Source of the DNA: Alphaproteobacteria bacterium
Lineage (GTDB): Bacteria; Pseudomonadota; Alphaproteobacteria; UBA828
Direction of reading: 5' to 3'
DNA length: 64,000 nt
Assembly (NCBI GenBank): GCA_009691045.1
Contig: SHWC01000006.1
Location: 1,912 to 65,911, forward strand
Numbering within the stretch: the stretch's first letter is position 1; every line of letters begins with the position of its first letter. Of this stretch, positions 10,105 to 18,203 are shown in pieces. Under the pieces are notes generated by a model, which was given only the letters and a program-made list of their open reading frames with translations, did no database searches and was not told the DNA's origin. A program made the position numbers and the translations under genes.

Positions 10105-10641
10105 TCAGGGTTTCGGCGGATACCAATAGAGCGGCTCTGGCCGCGCCCAAGTTTTCGGCCGGTCGATCACCTCGACCGTCGTCTTGCACAAGGTCTCGGT
10201 TTCGAAATAGGCGAATTGCACGCCGGCCCAATTGCCTTCCTGCACGGGCTCAAAACCGCGCGCGGTGAATCGCCGATAGATTTCAGGCCAGGTCATATCC
10301 ATGTCTTTCACCATGACGCCGACATGGTGGATGCCTTCGCCATGGGCCTCAAGAAAATCGTGATAGATGCTCGGCCCCTCGAAGGGCTGAATGATTTCCC
10401 AATTGAGCTGGCCGGTCCAAGCGAGCGCGAGGCGCATGGTGTAATTGGCGGGCTTGCCTTTGTAGGTACGGCCCGATAGCAGCGGCGCCTCATATTGCTG
10501 CACCCACCAGGGGCCGATGCCGAGTTTGTCGGCGTAATTTCGTACTAACGCGTCGAGATCGCGCGTGACCAGGCAAATTTGCGCGGTCTCGCGAAACAAC
10601 GAAGTCGGCAAATAGCTGTCTTTATAGTCGGGCGTGGTCAC
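10105..10641 (-). CDS. VOC (glyoxalase/bleomycin-resistance/dioxygenase) family protein
   Basis: 178-aa ORF with a GIHHVGVMVKD-type VOC motif. Its stop codon directly abuts the stop of the convergent ATPase gene. Confidence 0.7.
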   Translation of the reverse strand: MTTPDYKDSYLPTSLFRETAQICLVTRDLDALVRNYADKLGIGPWWVQQYEAPLLSGRTYKGKPANYTMRLALAWTGQLNWEIIQPFEGPSIYHDFLEAHGEGIHHVGVMVKDMDMTWPEIYRRFTARGFEPVQEGNWAGVQFAYFETETLCKTTVEVIDRPKTWARPEPLYWYPPKP

Positions 10642-11498
10642 GCCGCTTGCGCGCCCACCACCGGCGCGCCGCAGCCGACGATGGTCCGATAAAGCGTGCG
10701 CGGCTCGCTATAGCCGCCGGTCGCGGTGTGAATGGTGGCGCGGTTATCGCCGCCAACGACATCGCCGATGCGCCATTTGTGGGCGTATTGAAATTCAGGT
10801 CGTGTGGCGTGCACATAGAGCGCGTTCAATAATTCATCGCTTTCCGCCGGCTCCAGGCCGACCACGCAACGCGTGAAGCCTGGATTGACGAACAGCGCGC
10901 GCCGGCCATCGACCGGATGGATCCGTACGATCGGGTGCACGACATCGGGAATCTTGGCCGCCTGCTCGGGCGTCAATGTCACCTTCGCCTCATAGCCGCG
11001 CTTGCCACCGAACATGTGATGGACAGCGGAGCGACCCTCTACTTTACGCTTGAGATCGGCCGGCAGGGTTTCATAGGCGAGGGCCATGTTGGCAAAAACG
11101 GTATCGCCGCCTTTGGGCGGCACTTCGAGCGCGTAAAGGAAGGTCGAGTCCGACGGGCCCGCCATGTAGGAGAGGTCGGAATGCCAATAGGCTCCAGCGG
11201 GCGCCTTGGTGGTGCGGCCCTTGCCGCTTTCGACCACATTCGAAATGACCGAGACGTCGTGGGTATCCTGGTGGTGATATTGATCAAGAATATGGGGCAC
11301 GAGCGCGCCGAAGGCGGCGCTGATGGCCTTGGCATAAGCGAGCGCGTTCAGGCGCTGGCCGGGAAACACCAGCACAAGGTGCTCAGCCATGGCCTGGCGC
11401 AGCGCCTGGCCAAGCGCGGGCGTCATGGGCGCCGATAGATCGACGCCCTCGACCCTTGCGCCAAGCGGCGCCTCGAAGGGGTGAACCGAAAGTTTCAT
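10638..11498 (-). CDS. TauD/TfdA-family Fe(II)/2-oxoglutarate dioxygenase
   Basis: ORF 10638..11768 trimmed to ATG 11498 (MKLSVHPFEAPLGARVEGVDLS...). It contains the WHSDLSY (HxD) iron motif, has a typical length of ~287 aa, and overlaps the VOC gene by 4 nt. Confidence 0.8.
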   Translation of the reverse strand: MKLSVHPFEAPLGARVEGVDLSAPMTPALGQALRQAMAEHLVLVFPGQRLNALAYAKAISAAFGALVPHILDQYHHQDTHDVSVISNVVESGKGRTTKAPAGAYWHSDLSYMAGPSDSTFLYALEVPPKGGDTVFANMALAYETLPADLKRKVEGRSAVHHMFGGKRGYEAKVTLTPEQAAKIPDVVHPIVRIHPVDGRRALFVNPGFTRCVVGLEPAESDELLNALYVHATRPEFQYAHKWRIGDVVGGDNRATIHTATGGYSEPRTLYRTIVGCGAPVVGAQAA

Positions 11499-11628
11499 TG
11501 CCCAAGGCTGCGGCAAGAGCGGCGCGGTTTCAAGAGCGGTTTGAGACGGAGCCACGGGATTAGGCGTAGTGTTTAGACTGAGGCGACCACGGAAAAAGCG
11601 GCGATGGTCGGCGGTCGAGGAGGATTTC

Positions 11629-12105
11629 ATGGACGGGCTTGAGCTGAGCCGCGCGCTGCATGTGGTGGCGGTCGTCATCTGGATCGGCGGCGTCGCCTTT
11701 GTGACGCTCACGCTCCTGCCCGTGCTTGGCCGGAGCCGCGCCAGCGATGACTGGTTTGTTCGCTTCACGGCAATCGAGCGGCGCTTTGCCTGGATTGCCC
11801 GTGCTGCCCTGCTCGTCGCCGGCGGCAGCGGCTTTTACCTGATTGTCGCGATGGACGCGTGGGACCGCTTTACCATGATCGCCTATTGGTGGATGCATGC
11901 CATGGTCGTGGTGTGGGTTCTCTTCGCGCTCATGCTGTTCGTCATCGAGCCGCTCGGGCTTGACCGCGCCCTGCGGGAACGGGCGAGGCGTGACCCCGCG
12001 CGCGCTCATTTATTGGTAAGTCGCGCTCATTGGGTGCTGCTGATCGCGTCGCTCATCGCCGCCTTCGGCGCCGTGGCTGGGAGCCACGGCGCCTTTCTCG
12101 GCTAG
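11629..12105 (+). CDS. Hypothetical 4-TM membrane protein (CopD/HemJ-like appearance)
   Basis: ORF 11569..12105 trimmed to ATG 11629 behind GGAGGA. It has four hydrophobic segments, and the first helix, LHVVAVVIWIGGVAF, has a conserved-looking His. It converges on nirK with a 7-nt gap. The family assignment is uncertain. Confidence 0.5.
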   Translation: MDGLELSRALHVVAVVIWIGGVAFVTLTLLPVLGRSRASDDWFVRFTAIERRFAWIARAALLVAGGSGFYLIVAMDAWDRFTMIAYWWMHAMVVVWVLFALMLFVIEPLGLDRALRERARRDPARAHLLVSRAHWVLLIASLIAAFGAVAGSHGAFLG

Positions 12106-12112
12106 CAGGGTT

Positions 12113-13399
12113 TTAGTGTCCGCCTGAATCGCCCGGCTTTTGCTCGCCCATATCAAAGATCTCACGGTTCTCAGGCCCTTCGGCGATGATGAAGCCGACC
12201 AAACCGCGCTCAAGCCGGCCTAGCGCATGATCGACGAGAATATAACGGCCCGGCACCTCGATCTTGAAATCGACGATGCCAGCACCGCCCGGCGGCACGA
12301 CAATCGTTTGCACGCCTTTGAGTGGCGGGCTCATGATGCTCGCGAGATTGTAGGCGTCATCGAAGATTTCGCCGATGACGTGGAAGGCCGAGGTGAAGTT
12401 CGGTCCGCCGACACCGAAATAGATGCGCACGGTTTCGCCAACCTTGGCCTTCATGGCGTGTGCTTTGGTCAGGGCGCCGACCGCACCGTTGAACACGAAA
12501 TACTTAGGCTGCTCGGCCAGCATCTTGTCGACGCTGAATTCCTGGCTGCCCTGCTCGCCGAACGGCGCCTCGGTGTACATCTCGCCCTGCATGACATAGA
12601 ACTCGCGCGACACCTTCGGCAGGCCACCTTCGGGCTCTACTAAAATCAGCCCATACATGCCGTTTGCGATGTGATGCGCGACCATCGGCGTTGCGCAGTG
12701 ATAGACATAGAGACCCGGTATCAGGGCTTTCCACTTGATCGATTTTTCTTCGCCGGGCGGCACCTGCAATGCCACCGCGCCGCCACTGGGACCGGTCGTG
12801 GCATGAAAATCGACCGAATGGATCATCGCGCTGTCGACGTCGTTTTTCATATGGATGTAGATCGTATCGCCGACACGCACGCGCAGGAACGGCCCGGGCA
12901 CAGTCCGGTTGAAGGTCCAATAACGATAGGTCGTGCCATCGGCCAAGCGGCCGTCGAGCTCGACCGATTCGAGATCGATACGCACGGTTTCGGGCCCGCT
13001 TCGATTGATTGGCGGGGGCAATTTGGTCGGGTCCATGACGATATCGACCTGCTCGGCGGCGCTGGGCGCTGCCTCGGCGACCACGAGCTTGCCTTGCATG
13101 CCGGATTCGCGCTGACCAGGCAGAGCCGAGAAGTAAGCGAAGCTTCCCGCCTTGGTGGCACGAAATGAGATCGTCGTTCCGGCACCCGCCTTGGTGACGC
13201 TTTCAGAGGTCACGTTTTGATCGGGAAAGGCGAGATTGTGCTCGCCACCTTCGCCATTGATCAGCGTCACTTGAATAACATCGCCGACCTTGGCGTTGAG
13301 CGCCGGATTAGCCTGGCCGTCGATCGCACCGCCAACGCCGATGAAGGCGACGCGGCCTTCGCTCGTTGCGGTCCGCAGCGCAAAGGCGACATCAGGCAC
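12113..13399 (-). CDS. nirK: Copper-containing nitrite reductase NirK with N-terminal cupredoxin-like domain (no signal peptide visible)
   Basis: The core has HSVDFHATTG (T1/T2 Cu His), YVYHCATPMVAHHIANGMYG (Cys-His-Met T1 ligands plus a T2 His) and FHVIGEIFD. The N-terminal ~110 aa fold like a cupredoxin. Translation starts at GTG 13399, directly after an in-frame TAA. Confidence 0.85.
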   Translation of the reverse strand: MPDVAFALRTATSEGRVAFIGVGGAIDGQANPALNAKVGDVIQVTLINGEGGEHNLAFPDQNVTSESVTKAGAGTTISFRATKAGSFAYFSALPGQRESGMQGKLVVAEAAPSAAEQVDIVMDPTKLPPPINRSGPETVRIDLESVELDGRLADGTTYRYWTFNRTVPGPFLRVRVGDTIYIHMKNDVDSAMIHSVDFHATTGPSGGAVALQVPPGEEKSIKWKALIPGLYVYHCATPMVAHHIANGMYGLILVEPEGGLPKVSREFYVMQGEMYTEAPFGEQGSQEFSVDKMLAEQPKYFVFNGAVGALTKAHAMKAKVGETVRIYFGVGGPNFTSAFHVIGEIFDDAYNLASIMSPPLKGVQTIVVPPGGAGIVDFKIEVPGRYILVDHALGRLERGLVGFIIAEGPENREIFDMGEQKPGDSGGH

Positions 13400-13871
13400 T
13401 TAGGTTAACCGCCGCGTGTTCTTCGGCCGGGAGCGCGGCGGCGGTCTTCGCGGCTTCGGGTGCCTTAACCGCTGCGCCGGCGGCTGCCTTGAGATAGGCA
13501 ATAACATTGGCGCGATCGCCGGCATCGCGCAGCCCGTTGAAGGTCATTTTGTTGCCGGGAATATTGCCTTTGGGATCGGCTAAATAGGCCCCGAGCGTTT
13601 TGTCATCCCAAACAATGCCGGACTCTTTCGTCGCCTTGGAAAACTTGAAATCCGGCTGGCTGCCGGCGGCACGGCCAACGACGCCCGCGAGGTTGGGGCC
13701 GACCTTTTTCTTTCCCGGCTCGACCGAATGGCAGGCTTGGCATTTTTGAAACACCTTCTTACCGGCTTCGGCATCGCCGGCGGCGTAACTGTTCCCGGCG
13801 GCGGCGGTGGCCGCGACGGTCGCCAAGGCAAACATAAAATGCCGTGTCGATTTTCTTTGGCTGCTGAGCAT
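13392..13871 (-). CDS. Class I c-type cytochrome (c2/c550-like) with signal peptide and Ala/Pro-rich C-terminal tail
   Basis: CQACH haem-binding motif, GNKMTF Met-ligand region and an N-terminal hydrophobic signal (FALATVAATAAAGNSYA). It overlaps the nirK start by 8 nt. Confidence 0.85.
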   Translation of the reverse strand: MLSSQRKSTRHFMFALATVAATAAAGNSYAAGDAEAGKKVFQKCQACHSVEPGKKKVGPNLAGVVGRAAGSQPDFKFSKATKESGIVWDDKTLGAYLADPKGNIPGNKMTFNGLRDAGDRANVIAYLKAAAGAAVKAPEAAKTAAALPAEEHAAVNLSA

Positions 13872-13948
13872 GACGGTCCTCTTCGGAAGCGCTCGATGCG
13901 CGGTTGCCGAACGCAGGCTTATCAGACTCGATTGGGGTTTCGCCGGCC

Positions 13949-13962
13949 TTGATTTGGGTCAA
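13949..13962 (-). promoter_or_regulatory. FNR/NnrR/Dnr-type box TTGATTTGGGTCAA (consensus TTGAT-N4-ATCAA, one mismatch)
   Basis: Read directly. The box is centred ~85 nt upstream of the cytochrome c ATG (13871), in the 100-nt gap after the CoA-transferase gene. Confidence 0.45.
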
Positions 13963-13971
13963 GGCAGGTAT

Positions 13972-15111
13972 TCAGTCGCGCGTGCCACCATCCCAGGCCG
14001 TGATGATCTCGTCAGCCTTGCGCCGCGTGATCACGGTGCGGGCGGGTTCGACCGCGCCGTCGATGCGGGCGGGGAATAATACCTCGATGAACGGGTCGCG
14101 GCCCTCGTGACGCTTAACGAAACCACGCGCCGCCGTTTGCTCATGCTTCACCATCTCGGCCAATTCATGGACCGGTTCGAAACAGCAATCGACCGTGCCG
14201 AGCGCGGCGTCCCACTCGCCGAGCGTTTTTGTTTCGAACAAGGCCGTGACCTCGGCGATTAGGGCGGTTTGCGGCATGGTCTCCCATTGACGCGGCGTCC
14301 AATCGGGCCGGCCGACCGCCTCGCAAAAATTTCGCCAGAATTTTTCTTCGAGCGCGCCGAGCGAAACGAAGCGGCCCTCCCTGGTGCGATAGATTTGATA
14401 GAACGCGGCGCCCCCGGTGAGAAACGCCTTGCCGCGCTCGACCTCATGACCCAGCCGGGTCAGAGCGGTCAGCGCCCATTGGCTCCAGGGCAGTGGGCTT
14501 TCGGCGATCGAACAATCGATCTGGCAGCCTTTGCCCGTGCCGCCCGGCCGATCGCGCCCAATGAGCGCGCCCAAAATGGCGAGCGCGGCGTGCATGCCGC
14601 TCGAATAATCGCCGACCATGGGATAGGCGGCGTAGGGCCGCTCGGCACTGCCGCTCAAGGCCAGCGCGCCGAACAACGCCATGTAATTGATGTCATGACC
14701 GCCCTTCAGGCGATAGGGGCCGGTGGCACCCCACCCCGATAGCGAGCAGCGGACAAGGCGCGGGTTGAGCGCGGCCAAGCGCTCATCGGCGAAGCCAAGT
14801 CGCTCCAACACGCCCGGCCGATAGGATTCGAGAAAAACATCGGCACGCGCGATCAGTGAATCGAGATCGGCCTTGCCGCGTTCCGATTTCAAATCGAGCT
14901 CGACATAGGATTTGCCGCGATTGATGACCTTGTACCAGGCGGAGACGCCATCTCGATCCAGCGGGCCGATTTTACGCATCGGCTCGCCGCCCGGTGGTTC
15001 GATGCGAATCACATCGGCGCCGAGATCGGCCAATATCAACGAGGCATAGGGCCCTGGTGCATATTGCGACAGATCGAGGACGCGGGTTCCTTCAAGAAAA
15101 CGGAAGGGCAT
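13972..15111 (-). CDS. Family III CoA-transferase (CaiB/BaiF family)
   Basis: 379-aa ORF. The N-terminus, FLEGTRVLDLSQYAPGPYASLILADLGADVIRIEPP, is typical of the family. Confidence 0.85.
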   Translation of the reverse strand: MPFRFLEGTRVLDLSQYAPGPYASLILADLGADVIRIEPPGGEPMRKIGPLDRDGVSAWYKVINRGKSYVELDLKSERGKADLDSLIARADVFLESYRPGVLERLGFADERLAALNPRLVRCSLSGWGATGPYRLKGGHDINYMALFGALALSGSAERPYAAYPMVGDYSSGMHAALAILGALIGRDRPGGTGKGCQIDCSIAESPLPWSQWALTALTRLGHEVERGKAFLTGGAAFYQIYRTREGRFVSLGALEEKFWRNFCEAVGRPDWTPRQWETMPQTALIAEVTALFETKTLGEWDAALGTVDCCFEPVHELAEMVKHEQTAARGFVKRHEGRDPFIEVLFPARIDGAVEPARTVITRRKADEIITAWDGGTRD

Positions 15112-15134
15112 GGCGTTACGACGCGGCCGACACG

Positions 15135-15350
15135 GTTCTCCCTCTCCTGTCGAGCGCCGCGCGCTCGCGGAGCGCGACGCGGGAGAGGGAGGGACCCGTC
15201 GCGCGTGCGGCGTGCGCGGAAGCGTACGACGCGAAGCGACGGGAGGGTGAGGGGTTGTAGTGGATCAAGGCGCTAATCGGGCCGAGAACGTCTTTGTTAG
15301 ACCCCTCACCCGCCGCTTCGCGGCGACCTCTCCCACAAGGGGAGAGGTGG
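15135..15350. repeat. Intergenic composite palindromic (REP/BIME-like) element: three consecutive imperfect stem-loops
   Basis: TCCCTCTCC (15139-15147) pairs with GGAGAGGGA (15182-15190). CGCGAAGCGACGGGAGGGTGAGGGGT (15230-15255) pairs with ACCCCTCACCCGCCGCTTCGCG (15301-15322). ACCTCTCCCACAAGGGGAGAGGT forms a hairpin at 15326-15348. The last hairpin lies just 3' of the clpA stop. Confidence 0.6.
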
Positions 15351-15367
15351 CTTCTCATTTGAAACAT

Positions 15368-17674
15368 CTACCGTGCGTATTCCGGCACTTTGGGCTTGCC
15401 GCCCTTGGGCGCGCGAGGCTCGGAGGGCGGGAAGCTGAAGCGCAGCGCGCCATCCTCAAGCTCAACCACGACGCGCCCGCCTTTTGCGAGCTTGCCGAAC
15501 AGAAGCTCATCGGCCAGCGCCTTTTTGATGTGCTCCTGAATGGCGCGCGCCAGAGGCCGCGCGCCATTGGCCCTGTCATAGCCCTTTTGCGCGAGCCAAT
15601 GACGGGCCTCGGGACTGACTTCGATTTCGACATTGCGATCGGCGAGCTGAAGCTCGAGTTGAATGACGAATTTGTCGACCACGCGTTCGACCACTTCGGG
15701 CTCGAGCCCCTTGAACGGGATGATGGCATCCAGCCGATTGCGGAATTCGGGCGTGAACATGCGTTTGATCGCCTCTTGATCTTCGCCCTCGCGCTCGGTG
15801 CGGCCAAAACCCATCGCCGACTTGGCCAATTCAGCGGCCCCGGCATTAGTGGTCATAATTAGAATCACATTGCGGAAATCGACCTTCTTGCCGTTGTGGT
15901 CGGTCAGCTTGCCGTAATCCATGACCTGCAGAAGGATATTGAACAGATCGGGATGCGCCTTTTCGATTTCGTCCAACAGCAAGACGGCGTGGGGATGTTG
16001 ATCGATCGAATCGGTCAACATGCCGCCCTGATCGAACCCCACATAGCCGGGCGGCGCGCCGATCAGGCGCGAGACGGAGTGGCGCTCCATATATTCCGAC
16101 ATGTCGAAGCGGATCAGCTCGACGCCGAGCACGCTCGCGAGCTGGCGCGCCACTTCGGTTTTGCCAACGCCCGTCGGGCCTGAAAACAAATAACAGCCGA
16201 GCGGCTTTTCGGGCTCGCGAAGCCCTGCGCGCCCCATTTTGACCGCGGTTGCGACCGCCTTGATGGCATCGTCCTGACCGAACACGACGCGCTTCAAATC
16301 TTCCTCAAGGCGCTCGAGCGCGGCCTTATCGCCACGACTCACGCTCTTTTGCGGGATACGCGCGATCTTGGCCACGATCTCCTCGACCTCTTTGACGCCG
16401 ATCACCTTCTTGCGCTTGCTCTCCACTTTCAGCATTTGCGCGGCGCCGACCTCATCGATCACATCGATCGCCTTATCGGGCAGTTTGCGGTCATTGATGT
16501 ATTGCGCGGCGAGCTCGACCGCGGCGCGGATCGCCTCTTGCGTATAGCGCACGCCGTGATGCTTTTCGTAATAGGGCGCGAGGCCACGCAGAATTTTGAC
16601 GGAATCTTCGACGGTCGGCTCGTTGATGTCGATCTTCTGGAACCGGCGCACGAGCGCCCGATCCTTCTCAAAATAATTGCGATATTCCTTGTAGGTGGTC
16701 GAGCCGATGCACCGCAGCGAGCCCGCTTGGAGTGCCGGTTTCAGAAGGTTTGAGGCATCCATCGCGCCGCCCGAGGTGGCGCCCGCGCCGATCACGGTGT
16801 GGATCTCGTCGATGAACAGAATCGCCTTGTCGTGCGATTCGATTTCGGACAGCACGGCCTTGATGCGCTCCTCGAAATCGCCGCGATAGCGCGTGCCGGC
16901 CAAAAGCGCGCCCATATCGAGCGCGTAGATCGTGGCGTCAGCCAACACGCCGGGCACATCACCCTCGACGATGCGGCGCGCCAGGCCTTCGGAAATCGCG
17001 GTTTTTCCAACACCCGGATCGCCAACATAAAGCGGGTTGTTCTTGGTGCGCCGGCAGAGAATTTGAATCGTGCGTTCGACCTCGGCCTCGCGCCCGATCA
17101 ACGGGTCGATACGGCCGTCACGCGCCTTCTTGTTCAAATTGACGCAATAAGAGGTCAGCGCATCGGGACCCTGCTTGACCACCTTCTCGGCTGCCGCACC
17201 TTCGTCCGCGCCGCTCACCGGTTGGCTCGCGCTGCGGCCGGGCACTTTGGCGATGCGGTGGGAAATGTAATTCACCGCGTCGAAGCGCGACATGTCTTGT
17301 TCTTGGAGAAAGAACACCGCGTGCGACTCACGTTCTGAGAACAACGCGACCAACACATTGGCGCCCGAGGTTTCACCGCGTCCCGATGATTGCACGTGCA
17401 ACACCGCGCGCTGAATGACGCGCTGGAAGCCTTGGGTCGGCTTCGCGTCGCTCAAATGGGGCAGGACGAGCGATTTCAATTCGGTGTTGATGAAGCCGAT
17501 CAGATCGTTTTTGAGTTTCTCGACATCAACCCCGCAGGCCTTGAAGACCGGCACGGCATCGAGATCGTCGGTCAGCGCGAGCAGAAGATGCTCGAGCGTC
17601 GCGAATTCGTGCCGACGTTCGGTGGCGAGACTGAGGGCGCGATGGAGTGTCTTCTCTAAATTTGGCGACAACAT
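15368..17674 (-). CDS. clpA: ATP-dependent Clp protease ATP-binding subunit ClpA
   Basis: 768 aa with a Clp N-domain repeat and two AAA+ modules (GDPGVGKTA, GPTGVGKTE). Confidence 0.95.
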   Translation of the reverse strand: MLSPNLEKTLHRALSLATERRHEFATLEHLLLALTDDLDAVPVFKACGVDVEKLKNDLIGFINTELKSLVLPHLSDAKPTQGFQRVIQRAVLHVQSSGRGETSGANVLVALFSERESHAVFFLQEQDMSRFDAVNYISHRIAKVPGRSASQPVSGADEGAAAEKVVKQGPDALTSYCVNLNKKARDGRIDPLIGREAEVERTIQILCRRTKNNPLYVGDPGVGKTAISEGLARRIVEGDVPGVLADATIYALDMGALLAGTRYRGDFEERIKAVLSEIESHDKAILFIDEIHTVIGAGATSGGAMDASNLLKPALQAGSLRCIGSTTYKEYRNYFEKDRALVRRFQKIDINEPTVEDSVKILRGLAPYYEKHHGVRYTQEAIRAAVELAAQYINDRKLPDKAIDVIDEVGAAQMLKVESKRKKVIGVKEVEEIVAKIARIPQKSVSRGDKAALERLEEDLKRVVFGQDDAIKAVATAVKMGRAGLREPEKPLGCYLFSGPTGVGKTEVARQLASVLGVELIRFDMSEYMERHSVSRLIGAPPGYVGFDQGGMLTDSIDQHPHAVLLLDEIEKAHPDLFNILLQVMDYGKLTDHNGKKVDFRNVILIMTTNAGAAELAKSAMGFGRTEREGEDQEAIKRMFTPEFRNRLDAIIPFKGLEPEVVERVVDKFVIQLELQLADRNVEIEVSPEARHWLAQKGYDRANGARPLARAIQEHIKKALADELLFGKLAKGGRVVVELEDGALRFSFPPSEPRAPKGGKPKVPEYAR

Positions 17675-17683
17675 GGGACTGAC

Positions 17684-18010
17684 CTACTCCTTTTCCATCG
17701 TGCACTGGAGCGGATGCTCGTGCCGACGCGCGAAGTCGCATACTTGGGTCACCTTGGCCTCGGCAATCTCATAAGGATACACGCCGCAGACGCCGACGCC
17801 ACGTCGATGAACGTGGAGCATGATTTGAGTCGCCTCGTCCTGACTTTTGCTGAAGAACCGCATCAGAACGATGATGACGAATTCCATCGGCGTATAGTCG
17901 TCATTCAACAACAGCACCTTGTACATGGACGGCTTCTTGGTCTTGGGCTTGACCGCCGTCACGACGCCGGTTTGTCGCCGTATCTCGCCGTCTCTGTTGT
18001 CGTCGCTCAT
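17684..18010 (-). CDS. clpS: ATP-dependent Clp protease adaptor ClpS
   Basis: ORF 17684..18091 trimmed to ATG 18010. Contains [20 protein letters not shown] and sits immediately upstream of clpA. Confidence 0.9.
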   Translation of the reverse strand: MSDDNRDGEIRRQTGVVTAVKPKTKKPSMYKVLLLNDDYTPMEFVIIVLMRFFSKSQDEATQIMLHVHRRGVGVCGVYPYEIAEAKVTQVCDFARRHEHPLQCTMEKE

Positions 18011-18203
18011 CGACTCAGAATCGTACCGCTGGCTATGGCCCACACGCGAATCACTATAGCATGGCCGGCAAATCGGGCATGAATGGGGCAAGGCTGGGCG
18101 CCCCCGACCGGTAGAATATGGGGTGCGGCGAGCCCTGGCGCCAGCCCTAGGGTGCTAGGGCGTTGGCGCCGCGCCGGCGGCGGGCTTGGCGTGTGGGCCG
18201 ACT

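Noticed and set aside
13392-13402. Programmed +1 ribosomal frameshift joining cytochrome c to NirK (RF2-like)
   Set aside because: The junction reads GCC UGA U. It has no slippery P-site codon comparable to CUU UGA C and no upstream SD-like stimulator. An indel or a genuine 8-nt overlap is more parsimonious, so I keep this only as a remote possibility.
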